A stretch of DNA of 57,085 nucleotides from the IMG/VR virus record IMGVR_UViG_3300020603_000002. One strand, 5' to 3'. The stretch's first letter is position 1, and each line of letters opens with the position of its first letter. Below are positions 1 to 10,372 of this stretch, in pieces. A program made the translations under genes and the position numbers. Below the pieces are notes generated by a model. It searched no databases, was not told where the DNA came from, and was given only the letters and a program-made list of their open reading frames with translations. This stretch comes from an uncultured virus (IMG/VR IMGVR_UViG_3300020603_000002) (taxonomy: Duplodnaviria; Heunggongvirae; Uroviricota; Caudoviricetes).

Positions 1-122
1 TCATATTCGATTAGATTTCTGAAACTTTGAGTAAAAGGCACGTTCAAAAATTCATCTTGTTTAGGTGCGGATTTAAATCTTTGTGTTGAAAGAATTATTT
101 TGGTTGAGGGATCTACATTCAT
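1..122 (-). CDS. Partial hypothetical protein, 5' end only; runs off the window
   Basis: ATG at 122 overlaps the TGA of the upstream ORF. The frame MNVDPSTKIILSTQRFKSAPKQDEFLNVPFTQSFRNLIEY is open to the window edge. Confidence 0.7.
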   Translation of the reverse strand, partial: MNVDPSTKIILSTQRFKSAPKQDEFLNVPFTQSFRNLIEY

Positions 123-3100
123 CATTCTTCTTCTACTGAGACGTAAAGTTTATAAAATCTATCGATTGCCGTTTTACCATTATTTAATCCAAAATAGAAG
201 TGATATGGTGCACCAACCACAACCGCTTGATTAGGTATTCCTGAAGGTTGTCCGAAATTTACAACAGTTGGTGGAATTAATGGTTCTGGAACTCCAGCCA
301 AAGTATAGTTTGTAATATAACCTAAATTAGTTGTACTAGTTTTATATTTTTCTCCCGATGTTGTAAAATTTAAATCTTGATAATTTTTCTTAAAAAAACC
401 TTGTCCTATGATATCAGTATACCAATTATTATCTTCTGTTCCAAAAATATTCTGACTAGGATTACTTTTTTTCAAACTCCATTTATAGTGAGGAACTTCT
501 TGTGATTTAGGATAACCAAAGTAGTTTTGAATCAAAGGATTGAATGAGTATGTCTCGATTCCTGGCGATTCTATTTGTCTATATCTTGAACTTTCTTCAG
601 GTGTTTGAAAAAACAAACCAAGTACAGGTTTAATTTCCGCGCCAGAAGGTGGGTTAGAGGGATAATAGTTGTCTCCGAAAAAAATATAGGAATTTGCATT
701 AGGTCCTTGTAAATTTTCAACTATGAAGGGAAGAACTTTCCATTCAGAGTTAATTGACAACATTTGAGCCCAATCTCCATCAATTCTATCTCCACCTCGA
801 TTACTGTTAAAAAACTGAACGATACCTTTTCCTTCCGAGTTCTTTCCACCAGTACTGATAGGTATGATTCTTTGTCTGACTCCTTGATTCAATATTCTAG
901 ATAAAAATCCTAATTGGACTATATCTGCGTTATCTTGGTAAGATGTTGACTTTAACTGATCGGCATAATATGACGATGCATCAGTTTTACAACAAATTTC
1001 ATTAATAAAAGAATCCCTTGGACCTAAGTCCACTAATGTAGTTGGAAATTGTATTTGTCTTTTATTATAACCATATCCAGGATAGTTTATCAGAGATGAG
1101 GGAATGTTGGGATTTGGGGTCGGACTTGCCTTTCCAATAAATTCTTGAATTGTATTATTCCAAGGTGAAGACCTGTAATAAAAAATATTATTGATATCAT
1201 CGAATATGATTACATTTTTACAATATGAATAGTTTGATGATGAAGGATTTAAACTAAATTGGAGTCTTTTATTAAAGTTAAACATATATAAAACTCCGTT
1301 TATCCAATTGTTTTGAAATGCTTGTGCAAATACCCCCCTACAAGCCGCAAAATTCATTGTAAATCTAACTTTCCATTCTAAAAACAATCTCACATCTTCA
1401 TCGTATTGTGAGACATATTTTTTGTTCAATAAACAGTAGCATCCATTAATCATTCTATTTGCAGGAATTGAGCATTGTCCCGCAGGTAACACACCAACGT
1501 TATTACCCGAACCACTATAACAAGCTAAAGGAACCATTCCCTCGCAAGTCAAAGTATTAGTTAAACCTGATGTGATATCATCTTGATCTAAAGATTCACC
1601 ACTCGGTAAATCTAAACCTGCACTAATTGTTGGTGGAGATAATACTCCTCCAACGGCGTAAAATGCAAAATTATTATTTTGATGTAACGCATATCCTGTA
1701 TTAATTTGTGCGCCATTTTCTGTTTTGGTAGAAGTTGGTAATCTGTCACTTCTCATAACTATTCTATTGGAGTCTAAGAAATTAATCTCTGAAAGTGGAT
1801 ATGTATAGTATGCCGGTGAATATGTAGATACAAGTCCTGCTTGAGCTATAAAATATGGACCATTTACTGGATGTTTATAATATTGTTGTTTCTGACAATT
1901 TGAATTGCAACTACCACCACTACCCGTAGTTAATGCAATAGGTAAACTTACGTTTGAATTCCATCTCATATATGTACCCCCAACAGTATAAAAAGAAACA
2001 GGGAGTAATGGTAAAGATTGAGAGTTGATAAGTGTTTGTTGTAAATTTGAAGTACTATTAGTATTTGTATTAAAAAATGATGGAAATGGGGAATAGTTAT
2101 TACTTAGTGTATCGTCCGTACTTAAATAATAATATGGTAAGTTAGATGTGAATGCGGTGTAGGATCCCGAATCAGCAGTAAAAGTGTATGAAGGGAAGTA
2201 TAAATTATTAGCATTATTAGTCGATGTATCGTGTTGTTGTGGTTTTACTCCAGTTGGTAGTGCTTGTATTGGTATATTCAAATAATACTGCCCTTGAATA
2301 TTAACTTGGTTATAAGAGTTATAACCGAAAATACGAGATAAATCATAGTTTATAGTTTGTTTTGGTGTGTTTGGATCCACACCTCTAACAAAGATACAAA
2401 TTTCTAAGTTTTCGTAATTACTCATGTATTTTATATAATCCGCTATTGTTTCAGTAATAAAACCATCTAGATCACAGTTTGGTCTTATATATTGCATGTT
2501 ATGATATAAATAAGCTTCAGGAAAAAAACCTGAAAGTCCTATTGGGTTTTTTATATTGTTAAATTCTGAAATTGTTATTCCTGTTATAAGTTGGAAATAT
2601 TCTAAATCAGGATTGAATTGTAGATATGATTGTTCAACGGCAACGTTACCGTTTACAGGTAATTGACTGACTTGTGGAGTATTTATAACAATTGTAGCCG
2701 AGAGTGACGCGGTTGGATTTGAGGGATTTGCGTATGGAACTGTAGTTGATGTTACACCCGTTGTAGTTACACCAGTAATTGCATTATTTTGGAATTGGTT
2801 TAAAGTAGCCCCTGTCAAATTAATCATTCTTGATATTAGACCACTATTTGTTGACAAAGGGTTTTGAAATGTTAATAGATTTCCTGCGCCAATTTGTGAC
2901 GCGCTTCCTGCATTCATTAGTATAACAACAACTTGATCTTCAAAAGGAGTTGAACCTGAAGTTGGGTTTACAATTGTTTTGATTTTATTTACACCTGAAT
3001 TAGCTACATTCGATGTTCCATTGTAAAAATATTTATCTCTTGTGTTAAATTCGTTTAGTTTTTGTGCTAAAGTTACTGCCGTAGGGTAAGCAAAAAATCT

Positions 3101-5677
3101 TATATCAGGACCAGTTCTTTTCCTAGCGGAAAATAAAAAGGGTTGTGGTGATTTTAATAAATATTTTTCATTTGATATGTATTTGTTTGGATCTGTAGAT
3201 GACAAAACATCATATCCCGAAAACATTCTTTGGAAGTCTAAGACGGCTCTGACTACAACATCTTGTGATATATCATCATTAGTAATCAAAGTTGTGAATG
3301 ATTTGAAATAAGGATTAAGACCTGCACATTCATAAGGATCATCTCCGTTTTCGTCATTTTCAAAATTTGGATGACTTATTACGTAAGATTGTGGCGAATT
3401 CAATGGGGCGATTAGTGAATTTGGCTGAGTCACCTTTAACTCAAATCCGGCAGATCCACTACTGCTCAATCCATTTTGAGTGTCTTGGATTTCTTGTTTA
3501 ATTGTGTTTTCATCAAAATCATCATCTAAACTAGCGTTACCACATTGACACTCACAACTTGTACAATCTGGATATGCAATCATTGGCAGTCCTATTCTTG
3601 GAAAATTATCTATTTTACCATTTTTTGTATTGTTAATAAAAAATTTTGTATAAAATATTGTAAATACAATACCTGCGGCCACTGTTGCTAAAGCATACAG
3701 ACCTTGACCTATGATTTGTAAAATTGTAGCCACTGAAATTACTGGACCTCCAACGTTTGCATCCGTTAAACTTAAAATGTAATAAGCCAAGTCCACACCA
3801 GCCTTTACACCCATTGCAGTTATATAAGGGCCTAAAAATAATAACACATATTTTAATATGGGCCAAAGAAGTGCAATCAAGTGAGCTACAAATAACAAGA
3901 CAAGTATTGGAAAAGTTAGAATGTTTATAAGAATGTTGAAAATAAAAAATATGAAATCGAAATTTCGTATAATGTCGTTTACTGGAAACGTACTAACCGT
4001 TGATTTACAAGTGCGATTGTCTATTTCTTTTATACCTAAATGTTTGGCTCTTCCAAAACCATTTTTGTATCTGTCAAGGAACATTGCCGTTGTATATATT
4101 CTGTTATATTGGAATTCATAAAAAGTATCCTTGCAATCTATAGCTTCTTGTACATCTACATAATCATCCCAATCTGTGCTAAATGCATAAGAACGATAAA
4201 GATCAAACAATGATTGTGGATATTGTTTAAAGTTTATAATTTGTGGTTGTGATGGGTCTGTAGGATTTGCAACAATTTGAAGTGTGTCTCCAAAATTTAA
4301 TGCAATTGCATTTAATGTTCCTGTATATGGAACTCCATTTATATATATTATATATGATGTTACATTAACCGCTGTTGGATCCGCTAAACCTTGATTAAAA
4401 TTTATTGTTGTAGTTGCTCCCGTTACAACTCCTATAGGTAGTGTATATGAATATGTTGAGGTTGAACTATTTGTGAATGGATCTTGTGTGTAGTTTGACC
4501 ATCCGTATTCTTTTATATTCGGTACTAAAAAATTTGCCCTTAAAAAACTGCCTTGCAGACCTTGTTCATTTCGCCACCTCAATCTAAATCGATACTTTCC
4601 TTTTGTAGGTATTCCTTTACTTGGATCGTTGGATATTATTTGTTGTCCAAATTCGTTGGTAAATACATAGTCCAAGTTCATTGGGATATTGACTAAAAAA
4701 GTTCCGTCACTATCAATTACTTCACCACCCTCCCCAATTTGATATTGTTCCAAAATTGGTAGTCCTTGGTCATCAGAATTTATGGTCTGTCTAATTGATT
4801 CAATTATACCTGGTCCTGAGACTAACTCACATAGGTTTCCAGTATTATTTTTTGGTTTACAGCTCACCTTTAACGCGTCGTCATCTGTTGTGGAAACTAT
4901 TGACCCCATAAAAATCGCTGTGGGTTGGATATTAATATTAGCCAATTTGGTTAAATCAAAATCTGCTCTAGTGATTGCGACTTGACATAAATCTTGGTCT
5001 CCCCAAAATGGGACAACATCAACGTCAAAAATTAAATTTTTGATTTGTGGTAATTCTCTTAAGTTAGTTGATGTTTTGTATTTTGCCCCGTCAACTTGGG
5101 ACTCAGTTGCCAAACCTTGTTGGACTAAATCTTGAGGATGTAATGAAAAACATCCTATATCAGAAAGGTCAATATCCATTACTATTTTTTGTACACCTAT
5201 CGGAACTCCAAAAATCATAAAATCCCCACTTTCATTTGTTTTAACTGTAAATCTATAATATTTGTCGTAAACTTCGATATAAGTATCGCTCATCAAAACA
5301 TCCGAAATGTTAGGAAAAGATCCTGTTGATTGATGTCCTCTATAAGATGGTAATTTTGGTAATAAATTATATCTATATCCCTCGTCATTTGTATCTGTGA
5401 TTGTTTTGTAAGGATATATGTCCGTTATTGATGGATTTAATTCATCCGCATCTTCTAACGGAATAAAAACGGATATTTTAGCGTTAGGTAATCCGAATCC
5501 GTTATTTACAAAAACTCTACCAACCACAACACCATAATCTGCACACATTCTTGTGTATACATTATTCGCTAATAACTTCAAGGATAAAACTTCAAGAGAT
5601 TCCCAATCTTGTTCCAAATTGACGTTGATATACTTATCACTACCAACTTCGGTCCTTATTCTGTATGATTTAGGCAT
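122..5677 (-). CDS. Large putative virion/baseplate-associated protein (1851 aa) with internal hydrophobic segments
   Basis: Long ORF downstream of the gp25/gp6-like genes. The N-terminal region looks like a beta-sandwich (VVVGRVFVNNGFGLPNAKISVF...KTNESGDFMIFGVP). Hydrophobic stretch at about aa 575-680; TATTTAT motif upstream. Confidence 0.6.
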   Translation of the reverse strand: MPKSYRIRTEVGSDKYINVNLEQDWESLEVLSLKLLANNVYTRMCADYGVVVGRVFVNNGFGLPNAKISVFIPLEDADELNPSITDIYPYKTITDTNDEGYRYNLLPKLPSYRGHQSTGSFPNISDVLMSDTYIEVYDKYYRFTVKTNESGDFMIFGVPIGVQKIVMDIDLSDIGCFSLHPQDLVQQGLATESQVDGAKYKTSTNLRELPQIKNLIFDVDVVPFWGDQDLCQVAITRADFDLTKLANINIQPTAIFMGSIVSTTDDDALKVSCKPKNNTGNLCELVSGPGIIESIRQTINSDDQGLPILEQYQIGEGGEVIDSDGTFLVNIPMNLDYVFTNEFGQQIISNDPSKGIPTKGKYRFRLRWRNEQGLQGSFLRANFLVPNIKEYGWSNYTQDPFTNSSTSTYSYTLPIGVVTGATTTINFNQGLADPTAVNVTSYIIYINGVPYTGTLNAIALNFGDTLQIVANPTDPSQPQIINFKQYPQSLFDLYRSYAFSTDWDDYVDVQEAIDCKDTFYEFQYNRIYTTAMFLDRYKNGFGRAKHLGIKEIDNRTCKSTVSTFPVNDIIRNFDFIFFIFNILINILTFPILVLLFVAHLIALLWPILKYVLLFLGPYITAMGVKAGVDLAYYILSLTDANVGGPVISVATILQIIGQGLYALATVAAGIVFTIFYTKFFINNTKNGKIDNFPRIGLPMIAYPDCTSCECQCGNASLDDDFDENTIKQEIQDTQNGLSSSGSAGFELKVTQPNSLIAPLNSPQSYVISHPNFENDENGDDPYECAGLNPYFKSFTTLITNDDISQDVVVRAVLDFQRMFSGYDVLSSTDPNKYISNEKYLLKSPQPFLFSARKRTGPDIRFFAYPTAVTLAQKLNEFNTRDKYFYNGTSNVANSGVNKIKTIVNPTSGSTPFEDQVVVILMNAGSASQIGAGNLLTFQNPLSTNSGLISRMINLTGATLNQFQNNAITGVTTTGVTSTTVPYANPSNPTASLSATIVINTPQVSQLPVNGNVAVEQSYLQFNPDLEYFQLITGITISEFNNIKNPIGLSGFFPEAYLYHNMQYIRPNCDLDGFITETIADYIKYMSNYENLEICIFVRGVDPNTPKQTINYDLSRIFGYNSYNQVNIQGQYYLNIPIQALPTGVKPQQHDTSTNNANNLYFPSYTFTADSGSYTAFTSNLPYYYLSTDDTLSNNYSPFPSFFNTNTNSTSNLQQTLINSQSLPLLPVSFYTVGGTYMRWNSNVSLPIALTTGSGGSCNSNCQKQQYYKHPVNGPYFIAQAGLVSTYSPAYYTYPLSEINFLDSNRIVMRSDRLPTSTKTENGAQINTGYALHQNNNFAFYAVGGVLSPPTISAGLDLPSGESLDQDDITSGLTNTLTCEGMVPLACYSGSGNNVGVLPAGQCSIPANRMINGCYCLLNKKYVSQYDEDVRLFLEWKVRFTMNFAACRGVFAQAFQNNWINGVLYMFNFNKRLQFSLNPSSSNYSYCKNVIIFDDINNIFYYRSSPWNNTIQEFIGKASPTPNPNIPSSLINYPGYGYNKRQIQFPTTLVDLGPRDSFINEICCKTDASSYYADQLKSTSYQDNADIVQLGFLSRILNQGVRQRIIPISTGGKNSEGKGIVQFFNSNRGGDRIDGDWAQMLSINSEWKVLPFIVENLQGPNANSYIFFGDNYYPSNPPSGAEIKPVLGLFFQTPEESSRYRQIESPGIETYSFNPLIQNYFGYPKSQEVPHYKWSLKKSNPSQNIFGTEDNNWYTDIIGQGFFKKNYQDLNFTTSGEKYKTSTTNLGYITNYTLAGVPEPLIPPTVVNFGQPSGIPNQAVVVGAPYHFYFGLNNGKTAIDRFYKLYVSVEEE

Positions 5678-5754
5678 TAAAAAATCGTTTTTTCATAAAT
5701 AGTTTATTTCCCATTTTCATAGAAAAATAGTCCAATTCATAAAAAAATAAATTA

Positions 5755-7602
5755 CTAAGAAAAATTAACCGATTTTAAGTTCAAAACTCTAATATTAATA
5801 TCTTTGTTGGGGAATCTAATTTGGTATACTTGAGTGGGGGTTGCAAATATAGTATCGGCCGTAGGTTGAATTTGTTTTGTCAAAGGATCTAAGTAAGGCA
5901 TTGAAGTTTGTGCTGAAGAATACTGTCCTCCAACTTGATTAAAAAATAAAATATCAGAAACACTTACTACTCCATTTTCTGACTGAAGAAGTTTTCTGAT
6001 TTCAGAGATGTTAACATTCTGTCCTAATTGAATTACTAACGGATTAAAATATTCTGAGACAATCTGGATCGCCTTTGTTATAAGCGCCCCTTGGTTTTGA
6101 CTGTTATCAAGTACAAGATCTACTGTTACACTCAAATCAATTGTTTCTGCCGCTTCCACAGATATATAATCATTTATCATTCTATAATTCGAAAGATAAT
6201 TAGCAATGTTTTGTTTAAGAGTGTTCGACACCACATTTGATAAGCTACCTTCAGTATCATAAGATAACATTTTGATTCTTATCTTATTGTTTTCTTCGGT
6301 AATTGCAACTTTAGCTGGCGCACCAAATTGGGATGGCATAGTCCTAATCAAAGAATTATAATCATTAACTGTAACCGCCCTTTTCTGTGCCGCAAAATTA
6401 AAAGAAACCATGTTTCTAACATCTTCAGTTGTTGGTAAATTAGCGCCACCGATAGTTGCGGTAACATTATTACACTGTAAACTGTTGATAACAGTTCTAT
6501 TTACCGAATCCGAAGGCCCATTTACTGCAAAAGAAATAGTCCCAATCTGATTAATGGTGTTTAATCCAACATTACTAGCTAATCCTCCTCCAATTCTATA
6601 TTGAACAAAAAGAGTGGTATTGGGCGTTAGTGCCGCTCCCATGGCGTAATTGTTGGTGTATCTACTCAAATCGAATCCTTTGCCGTCTCTTGCAAATTCT
6701 CGAAGTTGTTCTTCAGCAGAAATATTTCCTCCACCAAAAGTTAATTTACAAAAACCTTGAGGTGTATATTCAGAAATAAATTTATTCGATGTCGTTATGT
6801 ATCTTCCAACTTTAATACCTGGTTGATCAGAAACTTTAGTTGGGTCTTCAACAAAAATTCTATCTTGAACTAAGGCGTCCACTTCATACCACCTGTCTAA
6901 ACCCAAACTTAAAAAATCTTGTGGGCTTGGTGTTGTTGAATATTGTGTTCCAGGTTTTAACAAAACACTTGTTATATTGAGAATATTTTTTTCAGGAAGA
7001 AACAATTCTAAATAAGGTTTAACATCATTTGGTGTTATAACTCTTTTGAAAACTTTTGTAACTCCATTTACAACTACTTCTCTTTTTACAATAGTATAAT
7101 TAATTAGTTTTCCACTCGAGTCAAAATTTGGAATTTTAACTCTATTAGGTGACCCTTCAGCGTTTATTGGTGACGCAAAATCAATATCGTAGACTGTTTC
7201 AAATGGTTGTCCAGCGCCATTAACTAAAGACCCTCTTCTCAAAATTCCACAATATCTCAGATCTTCTCTATCTCCAAAAGCTGGAACGGTAATTGAAAAA
7301 TCTACTAATCCAACTGAAGGTCTTTGACCCGGCACTTTCAATCCGTAAGTTCTTGCAATATTGTATACAGAGTTTTTTTGTTGGGCAAATTGTAATACGG
7401 TTTCTTGAATACTTCTGTCTATCTGGTAATTCAAATTATCTGTCACGGCAGCATTCAAATCCAACATTACTGAAAAAATACCGGCGTCGTTGAAATTTTG
7501 AACTAAATCTGGATAGTACGTTCTTGTAAAATTTATAAGTTCAGTTCTAACTCCTTGGAAGTCTCTAGCTACGTATGATATTTTTTTTTCTGCCATATTC
7601 AT
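5755..7602 (-). CDS. Baseplate wedge protein (T4 gp6 / baseplate J-like)
   Basis: N-terminal RDFQGVRTELINF...YYPD...FND and later AAQKRAVTVNDY are typical of gp6-like wedges. Adjacent to a gp25-like gene. Confidence 0.85.
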   Translation of the reverse strand: MNMAEKKISYVARDFQGVRTELINFTRTYYPDLVQNFNDAGIFSVMLDLNAAVTDNLNYQIDRSIQETVLQFAQQKNSVYNIARTYGLKVPGQRPSVGLVDFSITVPAFGDREDLRYCGILRRGSLVNGAGQPFETVYDIDFASPINAEGSPNRVKIPNFDSSGKLINYTIVKREVVVNGVTKVFKRVITPNDVKPYLELFLPEKNILNITSVLLKPGTQYSTTPSPQDFLSLGLDRWYEVDALVQDRIFVEDPTKVSDQPGIKVGRYITTSNKFISEYTPQGFCKLTFGGGNISAEEQLREFARDGKGFDLSRYTNNYAMGAALTPNTTLFVQYRIGGGLASNVGLNTINQIGTISFAVNGPSDSVNRTVINSLQCNNVTATIGGANLPTTEDVRNMVSFNFAAQKRAVTVNDYNSLIRTMPSQFGAPAKVAITEENNKIRIKMLSYDTEGSLSNVVSNTLKQNIANYLSNYRMINDYISVEAAETIDLSVTVDLVLDNSQNQGALITKAIQIVSEYFNPLVIQLGQNVNISEIRKLLQSENGVVSVSDILFFNQVGGQYSSAQTSMPYLDPLTKQIQPTADTIFATPTQVYQIRFPNKDINIRVLNLKSVNFS

Positions 7603-8060
7603 TAAATATTAAGGATAACAAAATCTTGAGATTCGAAGGCTGAATCTGTAATTTTGTAATCAATTTTGATTCTTGCGGTGTGTTCTAAATTAGCGATGTT
7701 TGTTACTTTGAACTCTCTTTCTCCTGAACTATTTACGGTGTAACCTTTGTTTTCTAAACCAGCAGAAGCAGGTTCCACAGTTATATTTGTTACTTGTAAA
7801 TTTGGCATGTAAGTTTTGACCGTATCTCGTATTTCAGATTCTATATCGGAAAAGGTTGGTCCATCTAAAGGTTCGAAAATATATTCATATAATCTAGTAC
7901 CGAAATTTGGTAAATAATATCTTGAGCCTTTTCTTGTTAAAAGTAAGTGGACAAGATTTGATCTAATTTCAGTTTCTGTAGTACTTGTAACGTCCAAATA
8001 CCTTCCAGTAAACGAATCCACAAAAGGGAAAGAAATACCATAAGTAATACCATTTGCCAT
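7602..8060 (-). CDS. Baseplate wedge subunit (T4 gp25 / GPW-like)
   Basis: GISFPF...IRSNLVHLLLTRKGSRYYLPNFGTRLYEYIFEP is the gp25 family signature. Confidence 0.9.
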   Translation of the reverse strand: MANGITYGISFPFVDSFTGRYLDVTSTTETEIRSNLVHLLLTRKGSRYYLPNFGTRLYEYIFEPLDGPTFSDIESEIRDTVKTYMPNLQVTNITVEPASAGLENKGYTVNSSGEREFKVTNIANLEHTARIKIDYKITDSAFESQDFVILNI

Positions 8061-8110
8061 ATCACATATAAATATAACTTAGGTTTTTTTTAAGTAAAAA
8101 ATATATAAAT

Positions 8111-8137
8111 AAAAAACCCTCCTGTTATAGGAGGGTT
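8111..8137 (-). terminator. Rho-independent terminator ending the replication operon
   Basis: Perfect 9-bp stem AACCCTCCT / AGGAGGGTT with a 5-nt loop, followed by a T-run on the minus strand. Confidence 0.85.
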
Positions 8138-8281
8138 AAATTTTATTTATCTTCTTCTATATTGTCTTTGTCTGTAGGATTCAACACTTTCAACCATAAC
8201 AACAGGAGTTCTTCCGAGTCTTCTTAAATTTCTTTGACTATAATATTTTTTATTTATAAATATTACCATATAAAAAAATCA

Positions 8282-8494
8282 CTACCGAAGTAATGATTCT
8301 CCTTTTTTATATAAAGGTTCGTATGGACAATGCTTACAACGAGACCCACAACAACTCCCTCTTTTAATATGATACGATTCTGTCATTACGATCTTGTTGT
8401 TTTCATCTTTATAAAAGTCAGGTTCAGGATATTTTTTTGTTGTCTCCTGAACATATAACTGTTGTATCCAATCGTTTGATGCGCTTACTGTCAT
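8282..8494 (-). CDS. Small Cys-rich protein (DUF5522-like)
   Basis: Motif FY...VMTESYHIKRGSCCGSRCKHCPY. Starts 2 nt after the RNR stop codon. Confidence 0.7.
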   Translation of the reverse strand: MTVSASNDWIQQLYVQETTKKYPEPDFYKDENNKIVMTESYHIKRGSCCGSRCKHCPYEPLYKKGESLLR

Positions 8495-8496
8495 GA

Positions 8497-10356
8497 TTAT
8501 ACTATTTCACAAGCTCCACCCGCACAAGCGGCTTCACCACTAAGGTTTGTATTATCTTGTAATTCGATTACTTTTGTTAAATCTACATCTGATAATGTTT
8601 TAATCAAGCGGTCGAAATCTTCTTCTGTACAATCTTCAAATGGTGCTTGAGTGTATGTTCCTCCATTATATGGTAACACAGATAAACCATTATAAAATTT
8701 TCTGTTGTTCCACATCCAATCCCCAACTAAATCCCACTCGTCTTCTTTAATTGAAACCGTCGCTGATACGTTGTGTGAGTTTTGACCTCCTCTGTGTCCA
8801 AATTTGATCCACTCTTGAGATACTTTTTTAACACGTTCCAACATTTGGAATACTGACTCGTGACGAAAAATAGATCCTTCAGGTGACTTTTGTGGGATTG
8901 TAATTACCGCAGTGTCATGAGGTCTAAAGAACTCATCTTCAACTAACTGAGGGTGATTGATTGCCAAGTAAGAATAGATTGCTTCGTTTTTACCAACACG
9001 AATTCTTCTTAAATAGAAATTATTATGCCAAGCGTGAATACCTGAAGATGTACCTAAAACCAAAGATGAAGTTCCTGATGGTTTAACAGTTGTTGTTCTT
9101 GCCGCCTTGTTGATTCCAATAAGATTAACAACTCTTTCATTTTCTTGTTTAACAGCAATCGCCGCAGCTTTCATATCATAACCCAAAACAACACCTGATC
9201 CAATACCTGTCATACCAACTCCGATAAGAGCGTCTTTTTCGGTTGTTCTTTTCCAAACATCACGAAGATAGTGGAAATCTGTGTAACCTGCTTGGAGTGT
9301 CCCGATAAATGCCGCCCCTTTAACTCTTTTTTCAAAGTCTTCTTGAGATTCGATGTCAGACGCATTTACCTCACACAAGTTACAGAACTGATAGGGACGA
9401 AGACCGATTTCACAACAAGGATTAGTTCCCCAGTCTTTATCGTTTGATAAATAGATTCCAGGTTCTCCCGCTCCTGACAACTCGATTCGTTTCCAAAGGT
9501 CCATAAAATAATCTTTAGTAACTTTGTGACGAAGAAGAACTGCTGAGTTATTTGCTCTACCTCTTTGGGGATTTGATTCCCACCAACCTCCAGACTTACA
9601 AGAAATCATTTCATCATCATCTGCCGAGAATAGTGAAATCAAAGCCGCTCTGCGAATACCACCTGCTAATACTGAATCTGCAATATGGCAAATAATATCG
9701 TGGGTTTCAATAGGTGAGAGTTTTTCACCGTCAACTTTGTTTTCAAATACTTTGATAATGTTATGAATACAATCTTTTAATGGTTGTGGTCCAGGAGCTT
9801 TTCCTCCTGATGTAACCAACAATGCACCCTTTTGACGGATATCTGAAAAGTCAAAAATTGGTGTTGATGATTTAACACCTAAATAAGATTCGATCAATAC
9901 TTTGATTGCATCAGCCCACCCTTCAATGCTATCCCCGATTAAATATCTTCTTGTTCTATTTGGATTCGGTTTTTTAATTTCAGGTAGTTTTTCTACGTGA
10001 TGTTTTTGAACTGAAAATCCTACACCTGTACCACCTAACAATAAAAACATTGTTTCTGAAAATGCATCAAAGTGGTCAATTGGCATGTATGCACAGTTAT
10101 AAATTCGGTTTGGTGAGATTTCAATTGGTTTTCCACCAAATTGTAAAGATCTCATTGAAGGTAAGATTTTTTTATCATATACCATTTGATAAACTTCTTC
10201 GATCTCATCTTTAATTTGTGGGTATTTCTTTTGGTGCATTTGTTTGTTTCTTGTCACCAGTTCTTCCCACGTTTCTCGTCTGTTTTTTTCAGGAAGAAAC
10301 TTTGCGTATTTCATATACACCGTGATATCACTTAATATTCTTTGCGAAATATCCAT
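8497..10356 (-). CDS. nrdJ: Class II (adenosylcobalamin-dependent) ribonucleotide reductase
   Basis: Motifs RRETWEE, LPSMRSLQFGG, YNCAY, GTGVGFSVQ, GGIRRAALISL, GEPG, TNPCCEI (catalytic N-x-C-x-E), TTVKPSGTSS and C-terminal CAGGAC. No beta-subunit gene nearby. Confidence 0.9.
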   Translation of the reverse strand: MDISQRILSDITVYMKYAKFLPEKNRRETWEELVTRNKQMHQKKYPQIKDEIEEVYQMVYDKKILPSMRSLQFGGKPIEISPNRIYNCAYMPIDHFDAFSETMFLLLGGTGVGFSVQKHHVEKLPEIKKPNPNRTRRYLIGDSIEGWADAIKVLIESYLGVKSSTPIFDFSDIRQKGALLVTSGGKAPGPQPLKDCIHNIIKVFENKVDGEKLSPIETHDIICHIADSVLAGGIRRAALISLFSADDDEMISCKSGGWWESNPQRGRANNSAVLLRHKVTKDYFMDLWKRIELSGAGEPGIYLSNDKDWGTNPCCEIGLRPYQFCNLCEVNASDIESQEDFEKRVKGAAFIGTLQAGYTDFHYLRDVWKRTTEKDALIGVGMTGIGSGVVLGYDMKAAAIAVKQENERVVNLIGINKAARTTTVKPSGTSSLVLGTSSGIHAWHNNFYLRRIRVGKNEAIYSYLAINHPQLVEDEFFRPHDTAVITIPQKSPEGSIFRHESVFQMLERVKKVSQEWIKFGHRGGQNSHNVSATVSIKEDEWDLVGDWMWNNRKFYNGLSVLPYNGGTYTQAPFEDCTEEDFDRLIKTLSDVDLTKVIELQDNTNLSGEAACAGGACEIV

Positions 10357-10372
10357 TTTAATTTTTTTTTAA

